64,000 nt of DNA, taken from the NCBI GenBank assembly GCA_963974105.1, contig CAXBBG010000001.1, forward strand, positions 706,793 to 770,792, given 5' to 3'. A model generated the notes under the pieces. The model was not told the DNA's origin and did not search any database. It worked only from the letters and a program-made list of their open reading frames with translations. Shown in pieces: positions 57,003 through 64,000 of the stretch (within the stretch, counting starts at the first letter, position 1; the number at the start of each line of letters is the position of its first letter). The position numbers were made by a program, and so were the translations under genes. This stretch comes from an uncultured Magnetococcales bacterium. Its GTDB lineage: Bacteria > Pseudomonadota > Alphaproteobacteria > UBA2136.

Positions 57003-58445
57003 TTAAGCAGTTGCAGCTTGTTCAGAATTTGTCTTATCATTATATTCTTTTAGTTTATTACGAAGTGTGCGAATGGAAATTCCTAAAATGCCAGCGGCAT
57101 GTGTGCGGTTACCTTTGCAATAGTTGAGCGTTGATAGTATGAGCTCTTGTTCCATTTCTTGAACGGTACGACCAACCATATCTGCAGCACTTGGCTCTGT
57201 TCCACCAATACCTTTTTCAAAACCGCCAGACGCATTGGCGTATGCACCTGCGGCAGCAGAGCTAAGCGCGCGCTTTTTGCTGTCGTCAGTAGGGACAGGG
57301 GCTTGGTTTATGGTTGATGCCATATTTTGACTCATAGGAGATATAGTAATGTGTTCAGGACACATTATGTTGTCGTCTCCCATCATTAAAACAGCACGGT
57401 GAACTGTGTTTTCAAGTTCACGTACGTTCCCTTTCCAATAACAGCTTATAAGCTTTTGTTGGGATTCGTCATTGATGGTTATGTTGGTTAAGCCATTTTG
57501 TTCGCCATAAATTTTTGCAAAATATTCAGCCAGAGGAATAATATCACCTGGTCGATCACGCAAGGAAGGTATGTCAAGCATGACAACGTTTAATCTAAAG
57601 TAAAGGTCTTCTCTAAAATTACCTTTTGCAACCTCTTCTTCGAGATTGCGGTTTGTTGTTGCAATGAGCCTAATGTCGACAGGGACTGATTTAGTTGAGC
57701 CTACAGGGTCAATAACACGTTCTTGAATGGCACGTAATAGCTTGGCTTGCAAAAGGACATCCATTTCGCTAATTTCGTCCAAAAGGAGAGTGCCACCATC
57801 AGCCTGTTGAAATTTACCCATTCGGCTGTTGATAGCGCCACTAAAAGCACCTTTTTCGTGGCCAAATAATTCACTTTCAATCAGTGTTTCTGGTATGGCA
57901 GCGCAGTTTAAGCTAACAAATGGTTTGTCTTTGCGTGGGCTGTTGTTATGAATGAAATTTGAAAATACTTCTTTACCTGTCCCACTTTCACCACGTAATA
58001 AAATAGTAGCATTTGAAGATGCAAATTTTTTGGATAAATCAAGAAGGCTTATCGTTGCAGGGTCGCCGTGAACAGGGCCTTTAGTTGTTTTAGATGGCTT
58101 AACGCGTTCAATAAGGGTTTGTGCTAAGTCACCTTCTAAAGGTGTTGACAGGTATTCAATTGCACCAAGGCGTATAGCTTTAACAGCATTTTGAACAGGT
58201 TGAGAAGGCCCAGTTACAACGGTTGGTACATTTATTTTATTTTCATTTAACTTGGTAAAATAAGACGGTAATTCAGAGTTGACGTCTAAAAATACCATAT
58301 CTATTTTTTTTTCACATAAGACTTTAATAGCCATTTCAATATCTGTTGCTTGAATGGTGTTGACGTCTTGTTCTTTTGCGATTTTAGTGAGAGATGATGC
58401 AGCATCTTTTAAAGCGCCAATGAGCAGAATATTTGCTTGCGTCAT
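57003..58445 (-). CDS. flbD: sigma-54-dependent transcriptional activator, FlbD/FleR-like
   Basis: Receiver-like N-domain. AAA+ sigma-54 interaction domain (GESGTGKE…GAFSGA GAFTGA-loop…LLLDEISE). C-terminal Fis-type HTH. Sits at the end of the flagellar operon. Confidence 0.85.
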   Translation of the reverse strand: MTQANILLIGALKDAASSLTKIAKEQDVNTIQATDIEMAIKVLCEKKIDMVFLDVNSELPSYFTKLNENKINVPTVVTGPSQPVQNAVKAIRLGAIEYLSTPLEGDLAQTLIERVKPSKTTKGPVHGDPATISLLDLSKKFASSNATILLRGESGTGKEVFSNFIHNNSPRKDKPFVSLNCAAIPETLIESELFGHEKGAFSGAINSRMGKFQQADGGTLLLDEISEMDVLLQAKLLRAIQERVIDPVGSTKSVPVDIRLIATTNRNLEEEVAKGNFREDLYFRLNVVMLDIPSLRDRPGDIIPLAEYFAKIYGEQNGLTNITINDESQQKLISCYWKGNVRELENTVHRAVLMMGDDNIMCPEHITISPMSQNMASTINQAPVPTDDSKKRALSSAAAGAYANASGGFEKGIGGTEPSAADMVGRTVQEMEQELILSTLNYCKGNRTHAAGILGISIRTLRNKLKEYNDKTNSEQAATA

Positions 58446-58481
58446 CTTGTCATCTCTCCTTTGTGATTGAATTAATTTTAA

Positions 58482-59240
58482 TTAGTCAAACATGCTAATG
58501 CGTTTGCTTGGTGGCAAAATAGTGTTAAGCACTAATTCAAGCTGTCGTGGGTTTTCTTGGCGTACGACACTCAGCACAGAAGACGTGTAAATTTTACGAA
58601 TTTGAGCTTCATTACGGCTATTTAATTCTAATTTTGCGGCAAGCGGGTTGAAGACCATGTTGGCCATTACAGCACCATACATTGTCGTAAGTAGGGCAAT
58701 CGCCATCGCAGGGCCGATAGAGCTTGGGTCGTCGAGTGATCCGAGCATGATAACCAAACCAATTAAAGTACCAACTAAGCCCATTGCAGGAGCGATTTCA
58801 GCACTCTTTTTAAGGACAAGGGCGCCGCTCATGTGGCGTTCTAGCATGCCCGCTGTGTCAGATTTCATGATATTTTCAATAACTTCAGGGTTTGTTCCGT
58901 CGACAGCTAACCCAAATGCTTGTTTTAAAAATTCGTTTGGAATTTGGTCAATATCACCTTGAATGGCTAAAATGCCGTTTGCACGGGCTTTTTGTGCGAG
59001 CTCGATCATGTTTTTAGCTTCATCATCTGCAGCAGGTAGTTTAAATAATACAGTTTTAAGCATAATACCCTGAGCTTTAATGATATCGCTTAAGCTAAAG
59101 CAGACTGTAGTAATAGAAAAGGTGCCGCCAATAACAATAAGAATAGATGGTGGGTCAATAAAGCTTGGCATGTTACTACCAATACCACCTGCTACAAAAC
59201 CAAATCCAAGGAGTAAACCAAGAAGAGTTGCAATATCCAT
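58482..59240 (-). CDS. motA: flagellar stator protein MotA/PomA
   Basis: Four-TM MotA/TolQ/ExbB fold with a conserved C-terminal half (…AIALLTTMYGAVMANMVFNPLA…). Confidence 0.85.
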   Translation of the reverse strand: MDIATLLGLLLGFGFVAGGIGSNMPSFIDPPSILIVIGGTFSITTVCFSLSDIIKAQGIMLKTVLFKLPAADDEAKNMIELAQKARANGILAIQGDIDQIPNEFLKQAFGLAVDGTNPEVIENIMKSDTAGMLERHMSGALVLKKSAEIAPAMGLVGTLIGLVIMLGSLDDPSSIGPAMAIALLTTMYGAVMANMVFNPLAAKLELNSRNEAQIRKIYTSSVLSVVRQENPRQLELVLNTILPPSKRISMFD

Positions 59241-59280
59241 TATTGAGTCACTTTTTTATTATTAACGGTTATTTGTATTA

Positions 59281-59607
59281 TTAACGAGATTTAACAATCT
59301 CAGTCATCGTAATCCCAAGCTTATCTTCAACAATAACAACTTCGCCACGTGCGACAAGGCGGTCATTCACGAATATATCAACAGCTTCGCCAACTTTGCG
59401 GTCCAGTTCAACAACGGCACCACGACCTAGTTTTAAAAGTTGGTGGATTTGCAGGTTACATGTACCAAGGACAGCTGAAACTTTCACAGGTATATCGTAA
59501 ACAGCTTCAAGCCCTGCGTCAGGTTCATCGGCAGTAGCCGCCTCTTTTGGCGCAGCTTCTGATGGTGTAACGCCCTCTAGTTCGTCTAGCTCTAGTTCAT
59601 CGCTCAT
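59281..59607 (-). CDS. fliN: flagellar motor switch protein FliN
   Basis: SpoA domain (IPVKVSAVLGTCNLQIHQLLKLGRGAVVELDRKVGEAVDIFVNDRLVARGEVVIV). Confidence 0.85.
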   Translation of the reverse strand: MSDELELDELEGVTPSEAAPKEAATADEPDAGLEAVYDIPVKVSAVLGTCNLQIHQLLKLGRGAVVELDRKVGEAVDIFVNDRLVARGEVVIVEDKLGITMTEIVKSR

Positions 59608-59692
59608 GAGTTGTCTTTTCCAATAATTTTTATTTGTGCCTTTATTTTAAGCAATGCATTAAGTATGCCATAAACTTTTTCAAAAGAAAATA

Positions 59693-60631
59693 TTAGCCGA
59701 TATCGTTATCATCTTTTTTATGGTCTCTTGTGACATCTTCGCTGCTCTCGTCTAAAATATCTTCTTCGATTTTAGTTTGGTTGCCCTGTTCAGCAGTTCC
59801 TGGTTTTTCTGTGTCAGTTGCTAAAGTCTCGTTTTCAGAGTTATTTTCATCTGCTGATAACGCTTCTTTTCTAGGGCTGACTTCAGGGTCGACCTCTTTT
59901 TCTTCGTCAGCCTTTATGAATTCAAAATCGATATCTTCAGGCTTAATGCTACGCGCAGCTGCGTTTATGGCTTTATCTATTTCACGCGCTATGTTTGAAA
60001 TTCTACCGTCAACACCAGAATTATCCCAGCTTACAATGCAGTCACCTGCGTGTAATTCAGCGTCTTCTTTTAAAGTAACGCTTAAACCTTTAATTAAGTC
60101 TTTGCCATTTTCTTCCAGGTAAAAACGATCACTTGGCGATAACTGAACACAAAGTTTCGCATCTTGAGGCGATTTTTCCAATGCTTGTTTAAGCATAAAA
60201 CTTAAAATTTCTTCACTATAATTTTCTGACGCATGTCCGATAACTGATTTTATAATTTCACGTGTGAAATTTAAAGACGAACTTTGCATCAATGCCATTT
60301 GTTCTTTTATAATTGCCGGTATATCATCCAACTTAGCTTGCATTTGACCTAAATGTTCAGCGAATTCAGCTTTGTAAGTGGTAGCTGCTTCTTCTTTTCC
60401 GGCTATAATGCCCTTTGCGTAAGCCGCTTCTTCAGCTTTTGTCACATCTTCTTCTGTAATTTTAGGAAGCGCTGCAATACGCGCAAGTTCAGCTTCTTCA
60501 GCCTCTTTTTTTTCTAATGCCTCTTTGGCTTTCTGTGCTTCAATGAGTAGCTGTTTTTTACGCTCTAAAGCCAATTCAGCGAAATCAGTTTTATACAGAA
60601 GCTCTGTAAATGTTTTAGATGAAGTCGTCAT
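59693..60631 (-). CDS. FliH/FlbE-like flagellar assembly protein with an extended acidic C-terminal tail
   Basis: Sits between fliG and fliN. Coiled-coil N-terminus and FliH-like C-domain (…AGDCIVSWDNSGVDGRISNI…). The start was moved to MTTSSK (AAGGTGG RBS). It still overlaps fliG's 3' end by 17 nt. Confidence 0.6.
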   Translation of the reverse strand: MTTSSKTFTELLYKTDFAELALERKKQLLIEAQKAKEALEKKEAEEAELARIAALPKITEEDVTKAEEAAYAKGIIAGKEEAATTYKAEFAEHLGQMQAKLDDIPAIIKEQMALMQSSSLNFTREIIKSVIGHASENYSEEILSFMLKQALEKSPQDAKLCVQLSPSDRFYLEENGKDLIKGLSVTLKEDAELHAGDCIVSWDNSGVDGRISNIAREIDKAINAAARSIKPEDIDFEFIKADEEKEVDPEVSPRKEALSADENNSENETLATDTEKPGTAEQGNQTKIEEDILDESSEDVTRDHKKDDNDIG

Positions 60632-61646
60632 CGCCACCTTCTTCCAGCATTGAAATTTGACCTGTATCAGCCAAACGTTTCGCAACTTCTACAATAGCGT
60701 TTTGTGCTTCATCTACATCTTTAACACGTATAGGTCCCATGGCATCCATATCTTCTTTAAGGATTTTAGAAGCACGTTCAGACATATTACGTAGGAACAT
60801 ATCCACAAGTGCATCGTCAGCGCCTTTAAGGGCGATAGGTAGATGGTCTTTCTCAATTTCACGAAGAATTGTTTGGATACCTTTGTCATCTGTTTTCTTG
60901 ATGTCTTCAAATGTAAACATAAGAGAGCGAATGCGTTCAGCGTCATCATGGCTGCGTTTGTCGAGTAGATCCATGAATTTCTGCTCACTTGCACGGTCAA
61001 AGTTGTTGAAGATCTCGGCCATAAGTTCGTGGCTGTCTCGTTTTTGTTTAGCTGCCAAGTTGCGCATAAATTCATTTTTAAGTGAATCTTCAACACTTTC
61101 AATAACCTCGCGTGATACGTTATCCATAATAAGAATACGCTCAATAACTTCGAGTGCTAAATCCTCTGGCAATGCAGCAAGAACGCGAGAGGCGTGCCCT
61201 GGCTTAATACGACTTATAATAACAGCAACAGTTTGAGGGTATTCATTCTTTAAGTAGTTGGCGAGAATGTCTTCGCTGACATTTGCCAGTTTTTCCCACA
61301 TGGTACGACCCGCAGGCCCACGCATTTCATCCATAAGGTCATGCACACGGCTTTCGTCCATAAAGCTTTTAAGGTAACGCTCTGTTGCACCCCAACCACC
61401 AATCAAGCCTGTTGAACCACTACCAATAGCATCTGTGAATTCATTTAAAACAGCTTCTACTTCGCTGCTGTTTACTTGACCTAAATTTGCCATTTCGCGT
61501 GAAATGTCACGGATCTCAAAGTCATCCATACCGCTAAAGATAGTTGTTGCGTTTTCCTCTCCAATGGAAAGCATAAGAATGGCAGCATTTCTTGCACCCT
61601 GTTCTCTTGGTGTACGTCCGCCGTTGCGTTTGTTTATACTCGCCAT
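60615..61646 (-). CDS. fliG: flagellar motor switch protein FliG
   Basis: The middle and C-terminal FliG domains are colinear with known FliG. Confidence 0.9.
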   Translation of the reverse strand: MASINKRNGGRTPREQGARNAAILMLSIGEENATTIFSGMDDFEIRDISREMANLGQVNSSEVEAVLNEFTDAIGSGSTGLIGGWGATERYLKSFMDESRVHDLMDEMRGPAGRTMWEKLANVSEDILANYLKNEYPQTVAVIISRIKPGHASRVLAALPEDLALEVIERILIMDNVSREVIESVEDSLKNEFMRNLAAKQKRDSHELMAEIFNNFDRASEQKFMDLLDKRSHDDAERIRSLMFTFEDIKKTDDKGIQTILREIEKDHLPIALKGADDALVDMFLRNMSERASKILKEDMDAMGPIRVKDVDEAQNAIVEVAKRLADTGQISMLEEGGDDDFI

Positions 61647-61648
61647 CT

Positions 61649-63313
61649 TTAATTACCTTCCTCACCTGTCATCCATCCGCGGATAACGTTAATACTTTCT
61701 TCTGGGTTTTCGCTTACAATCTTCATAACGCGTTTCACGCTAGACTCGCGCACTTTACCTTCAACGCTTTGCAGGTCAATCATAGAACCTTCTTCGCCGA
61801 TTTCATTTTGAGGTAGATCAAGAGGTGTGCCATCTGGTGCGGTTGGTACACCGTTCACCATAATTGCAGGGGTTCCAGGCCCTCCAGCGCCACCAGCACC
61901 TACACCTGCGCCTGCAGTGCCGCTGTTTATAGCATTGTCAACTTCAGACGAAGGTTGAGGTAAAGTTGCTTTTAAAATTGGCTTGATAATCATAAATATA
62001 AGTAAAAATATACCAATACCAATAAGGGCATATTCTGCAATCATGAAGTAATCTTCTTTAGAGAACATTGGTTCTTCGAAGACTTCTTCTTCGACCTGTG
62101 CAAATGGCATATCGATTATTTCTACTTGGTCACCACGCTCATCATTAAAGGCAATACCTGTTTTTACAAGGGTTGTTAGCTTTTCAAGTTCTTTTGTATC
62201 ATAAGGTACATACTTTTGAACGCCATCTTCATTAGAGTAATTACCTTCCACTAACACAGCTACGCTTAGGCGTTTAATAGCCCCGCCAGATTTAATATGC
62301 TTGCGGACTGTTTTTGAAATTTCGTAGTTAATCGTTTCTTCAGCTGTGGTGCGGTCTTCACTACTTCCTGCAGCACTGCCACCCACTTCTTGTCCTGGAA
62401 TGTTCGCACTTGCACCAGCGGCTTGATTTGGTGATGTTTGTTTAGCTGTTAAACGGTCTTCACTGCGTTGTTCACTGCGTACAACTTGTCTTTCAGGATC
62501 AAATATTTCTGACTCTTCTTCAACGCTGTCAAAGTCTACTGCAGCGGTTACTTTAACGTTAGCTTTATTAGGCCCTACAACTTTTTCAAGCATACGCTTA
62601 ATGCTGAATTCATATTCAGACTCAATTTGTCGCTGCACTTTTTGGTGCATGTTCATGACATTTGTTTGAGACTTGTTACCAGAAGAAAGCATGTTGCCAC
62701 GGTTATCCACAACGGTGACGTTGTCAGGTGTTAAGCCTGGAACAGCAGCAGACGTTAGATGTGTAATGCTTTGCACCTGTTCGTCTGTGAGTATGCGGTT
62801 GCCTAGATTTAAGATAACAGAAGCTGTTGGCTCAACACGTTCACGTGAAAATAGTTTCTTTTTAGGCATAACAAGGTGCACACGGCTTGAATTCACAGAG
62901 GGTAGGGACGTAATAGTGCGTGCAAGCTCTCCCTCAAGGGCGCGACGTGCATTGATATTTTGAACCAATGAAGTTGTACCAAATGAAGACTGTTTGTCGA
63001 AAAGTTCATAACCGCTAGAGCTAGAACCTACAATACCTTCGCCTGCAATTTTTAAACGTAATTCAGAAATTTTTGCTTTAGAAACATAAACACCGCCCGC
63101 TTTTACTTGATAATTAACGCCTAAGCCTTCTAGCTTTTCGACAATTTTTGCCGATTCTCTTTCGTCAAGCCCGCCATACATAAGGCCATAGTCAGGCGCG
63201 TTTGCACGCATGGCCACTATAGAAAGGATGCCAATCAACATAAAGGTTGCAACAACAAGCATGGCAATGCGCGCGGCACCCATGCGTCGAAGAATTGTTA
63301 AAATATTTTCCAA
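61649..63313 (-). CDS. fliF: flagellar MS-ring protein FliF
   Basis: N-terminal TM helix, RBM domains (…VHLVMPKKKLFSRERVEPTASVILNL…) and a C-terminal TM helix. 554 aa. Confidence 0.9.
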   Translation of the reverse strand: MENILTILRRMGAARIAMLVVATFMLIGILSIVAMRANAPDYGLMYGGLDERESAKIVEKLEGLGVNYQVKAGGVYVSKAKISELRLKIAGEGIVGSSSSGYELFDKQSSFGTTSLVQNINARRALEGELARTITSLPSVNSSRVHLVMPKKKLFSRERVEPTASVILNLGNRILTDEQVQSITHLTSAAVPGLTPDNVTVVDNRGNMLSSGNKSQTNVMNMHQKVQRQIESEYEFSIKRMLEKVVGPNKANVKVTAAVDFDSVEEESEIFDPERQVVRSEQRSEDRLTAKQTSPNQAAGASANIPGQEVGGSAAGSSEDRTTAEETINYEISKTVRKHIKSGGAIKRLSVAVLVEGNYSNEDGVQKYVPYDTKELEKLTTLVKTGIAFNDERGDQVEIIDMPFAQVEEEVFEEPMFSKEDYFMIAEYALIGIGIFLLIFMIIKPILKATLPQPSSEVDNAINSGTAGAGVGAGGAGGPGTPAIMVNGVPTAPDGTPLDLPQNEIGEEGSMIDLQSVEGKVRESSVKRVMKIVSENPEESINVIRGWMTGEEGN

Positions 63314-63602
63314 ATCTTTGTGCTTTCGAGGTCGTTTTATTATTGTTTACGGTTCTGTTATACTTTTAATAAATATATCTATACGCATTACATGTTAGCA
63401 CAAACTATGCCTAAAAATATCAAGGCGTCTATAAAAGTTGTGTTTTTTCTGCATAGTTTGTGGGGGCAGGCGTTGTAAAAAAACAAGGGCGCAAAAGTAA
63501 GGTGTCAGCTATTGTCAGTTTTTATTTTATATCCTAACCTATAATATAGTTGAGTTCTTGCTGCTTATAAATTTACTAATTTGGAGTATTTATAAGAAAG
63601 GA

Positions 63603-63640
63603 GTGGACTTGGGGCGAATCTATGCCCATAATATAGATTG
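63603..63640 (+). promoter_or_regulatory. weak sigma-54-like -24/-12 element upstream of the flagellin gene
   Basis: TGGGGCGAATCTATGCC has GG-N10-GC spacing (compare TGGCACG-N4-TTGC). It lies ~55 nt upstream of the flagellin ATG, and an FlbD-type activator is encoded nearby. Confidence 0.25.
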
Positions 63641-63694
63641 GGTAGACAAGTAGTCTGCCGAATATAAATATAAATCCATGTAGGAGATAATAAT

Positions 63695-64000
63695 ATGCCT
63701 ATTACAATTAACACAAACATTTCTGCGATGATTTCTCAACGAAACCTCGCGGCTTCTTCTAACCGTAGTGCTTCATCACTTGCTAAACTTAGTTCTGGTT
63801 CTCGTGTTCCAACAGCTAAGGAAGATGCTGCCTCACTAGCGGTTGGTACTGGTTTGAAAATTGACGTAACAGCCCTTAAAGCTGCTCAAGTTAACGCTCA
63901 ACAAGCTACATCTGTACTACAAATTGCCGATGGTGCTTTTGGTCAGATTGGTGACATTCTTAACCGAATGAAATCTCTAGCTACAACAGCTCAATCAGAA
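63695..64000 (+). CDS. flagellin, N-terminal part (truncated by the window end)
   Basis: MPITINTNISAMISQRNLAASSNRSASSLAKLSSGSRV…AQVNAQQATSVLQIADGAFGQIGDILNRMKSLATTAQ is the conserved flagellin D0/D1 N-terminus. AGGAG RBS upstream. Confidence 0.9.
   Translation, partial: MPITINTNISAMISQRNLAASSNRSASSLAKLSSGSRVPTAKEDAASLAVGTGLKIDVTALKAAQVNAQQATSVLQIADGAFGQIGDILNRMKSLATTAQSE

Noticed and set aside
1-64000. Looked for CRISPR arrays, rRNA genes, transposases, integrases and IS inverted repeats.
   Set aside because: No regularly spaced direct repeats, no rRNA-like conserved stretches, and no ORF with DDE, tyrosine-recombinase or serine-recombinase signatures were seen. Mobility is inferred only from gene relics and the tRNA proximity.

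Overview
Low-GC, gene-dense bacterial chromosome segment. The flagellar class II operon layout (fliF-fliG-fliH/flbE-like-fliN-motA-flbD, minus strand, divergent from a flagellin gene at the 3' edge) matches an alphaproteobacterium, possibly a host-associated lineage given the gene relics. Housekeeping genes are clear: rpoD, cydAB, etfBA plus ETF-QO, sulP, tRNA-Ala, and a MacA-MacB-OprM efflux operon. The rest reads like accessory or island material: an arsR-arsH-acr3 operon, a two-partner secretion pair (TpsB/TpsA carrying a LamG domain), and a umuD-orf-umuC operon with an unknown gene wedged inside. There is also a Zur-like regulator operon (Fur family, DUF1007, RcnA-like) with palindromic boxes, next to a box-fronted four-gene cluster (CooC-like ATPase, PLP decarboxylase, CysK-rhodanese fusion, Cys-rich unknown). 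Two paralogous cassettes of a small basic membrane peptide plus a GGDEF cyclase flank that metal locus. Two short relics of arsH and umuC flank cydAB. A 2004-aa repetitive secreted fibre-like protein with near-identical internal DNA repeats lies just downstream of flbD. I found no transposases, integrases, CRISPR arrays or rRNA. All coordinates and start choices come from manual reading and are unverified by any homology search.
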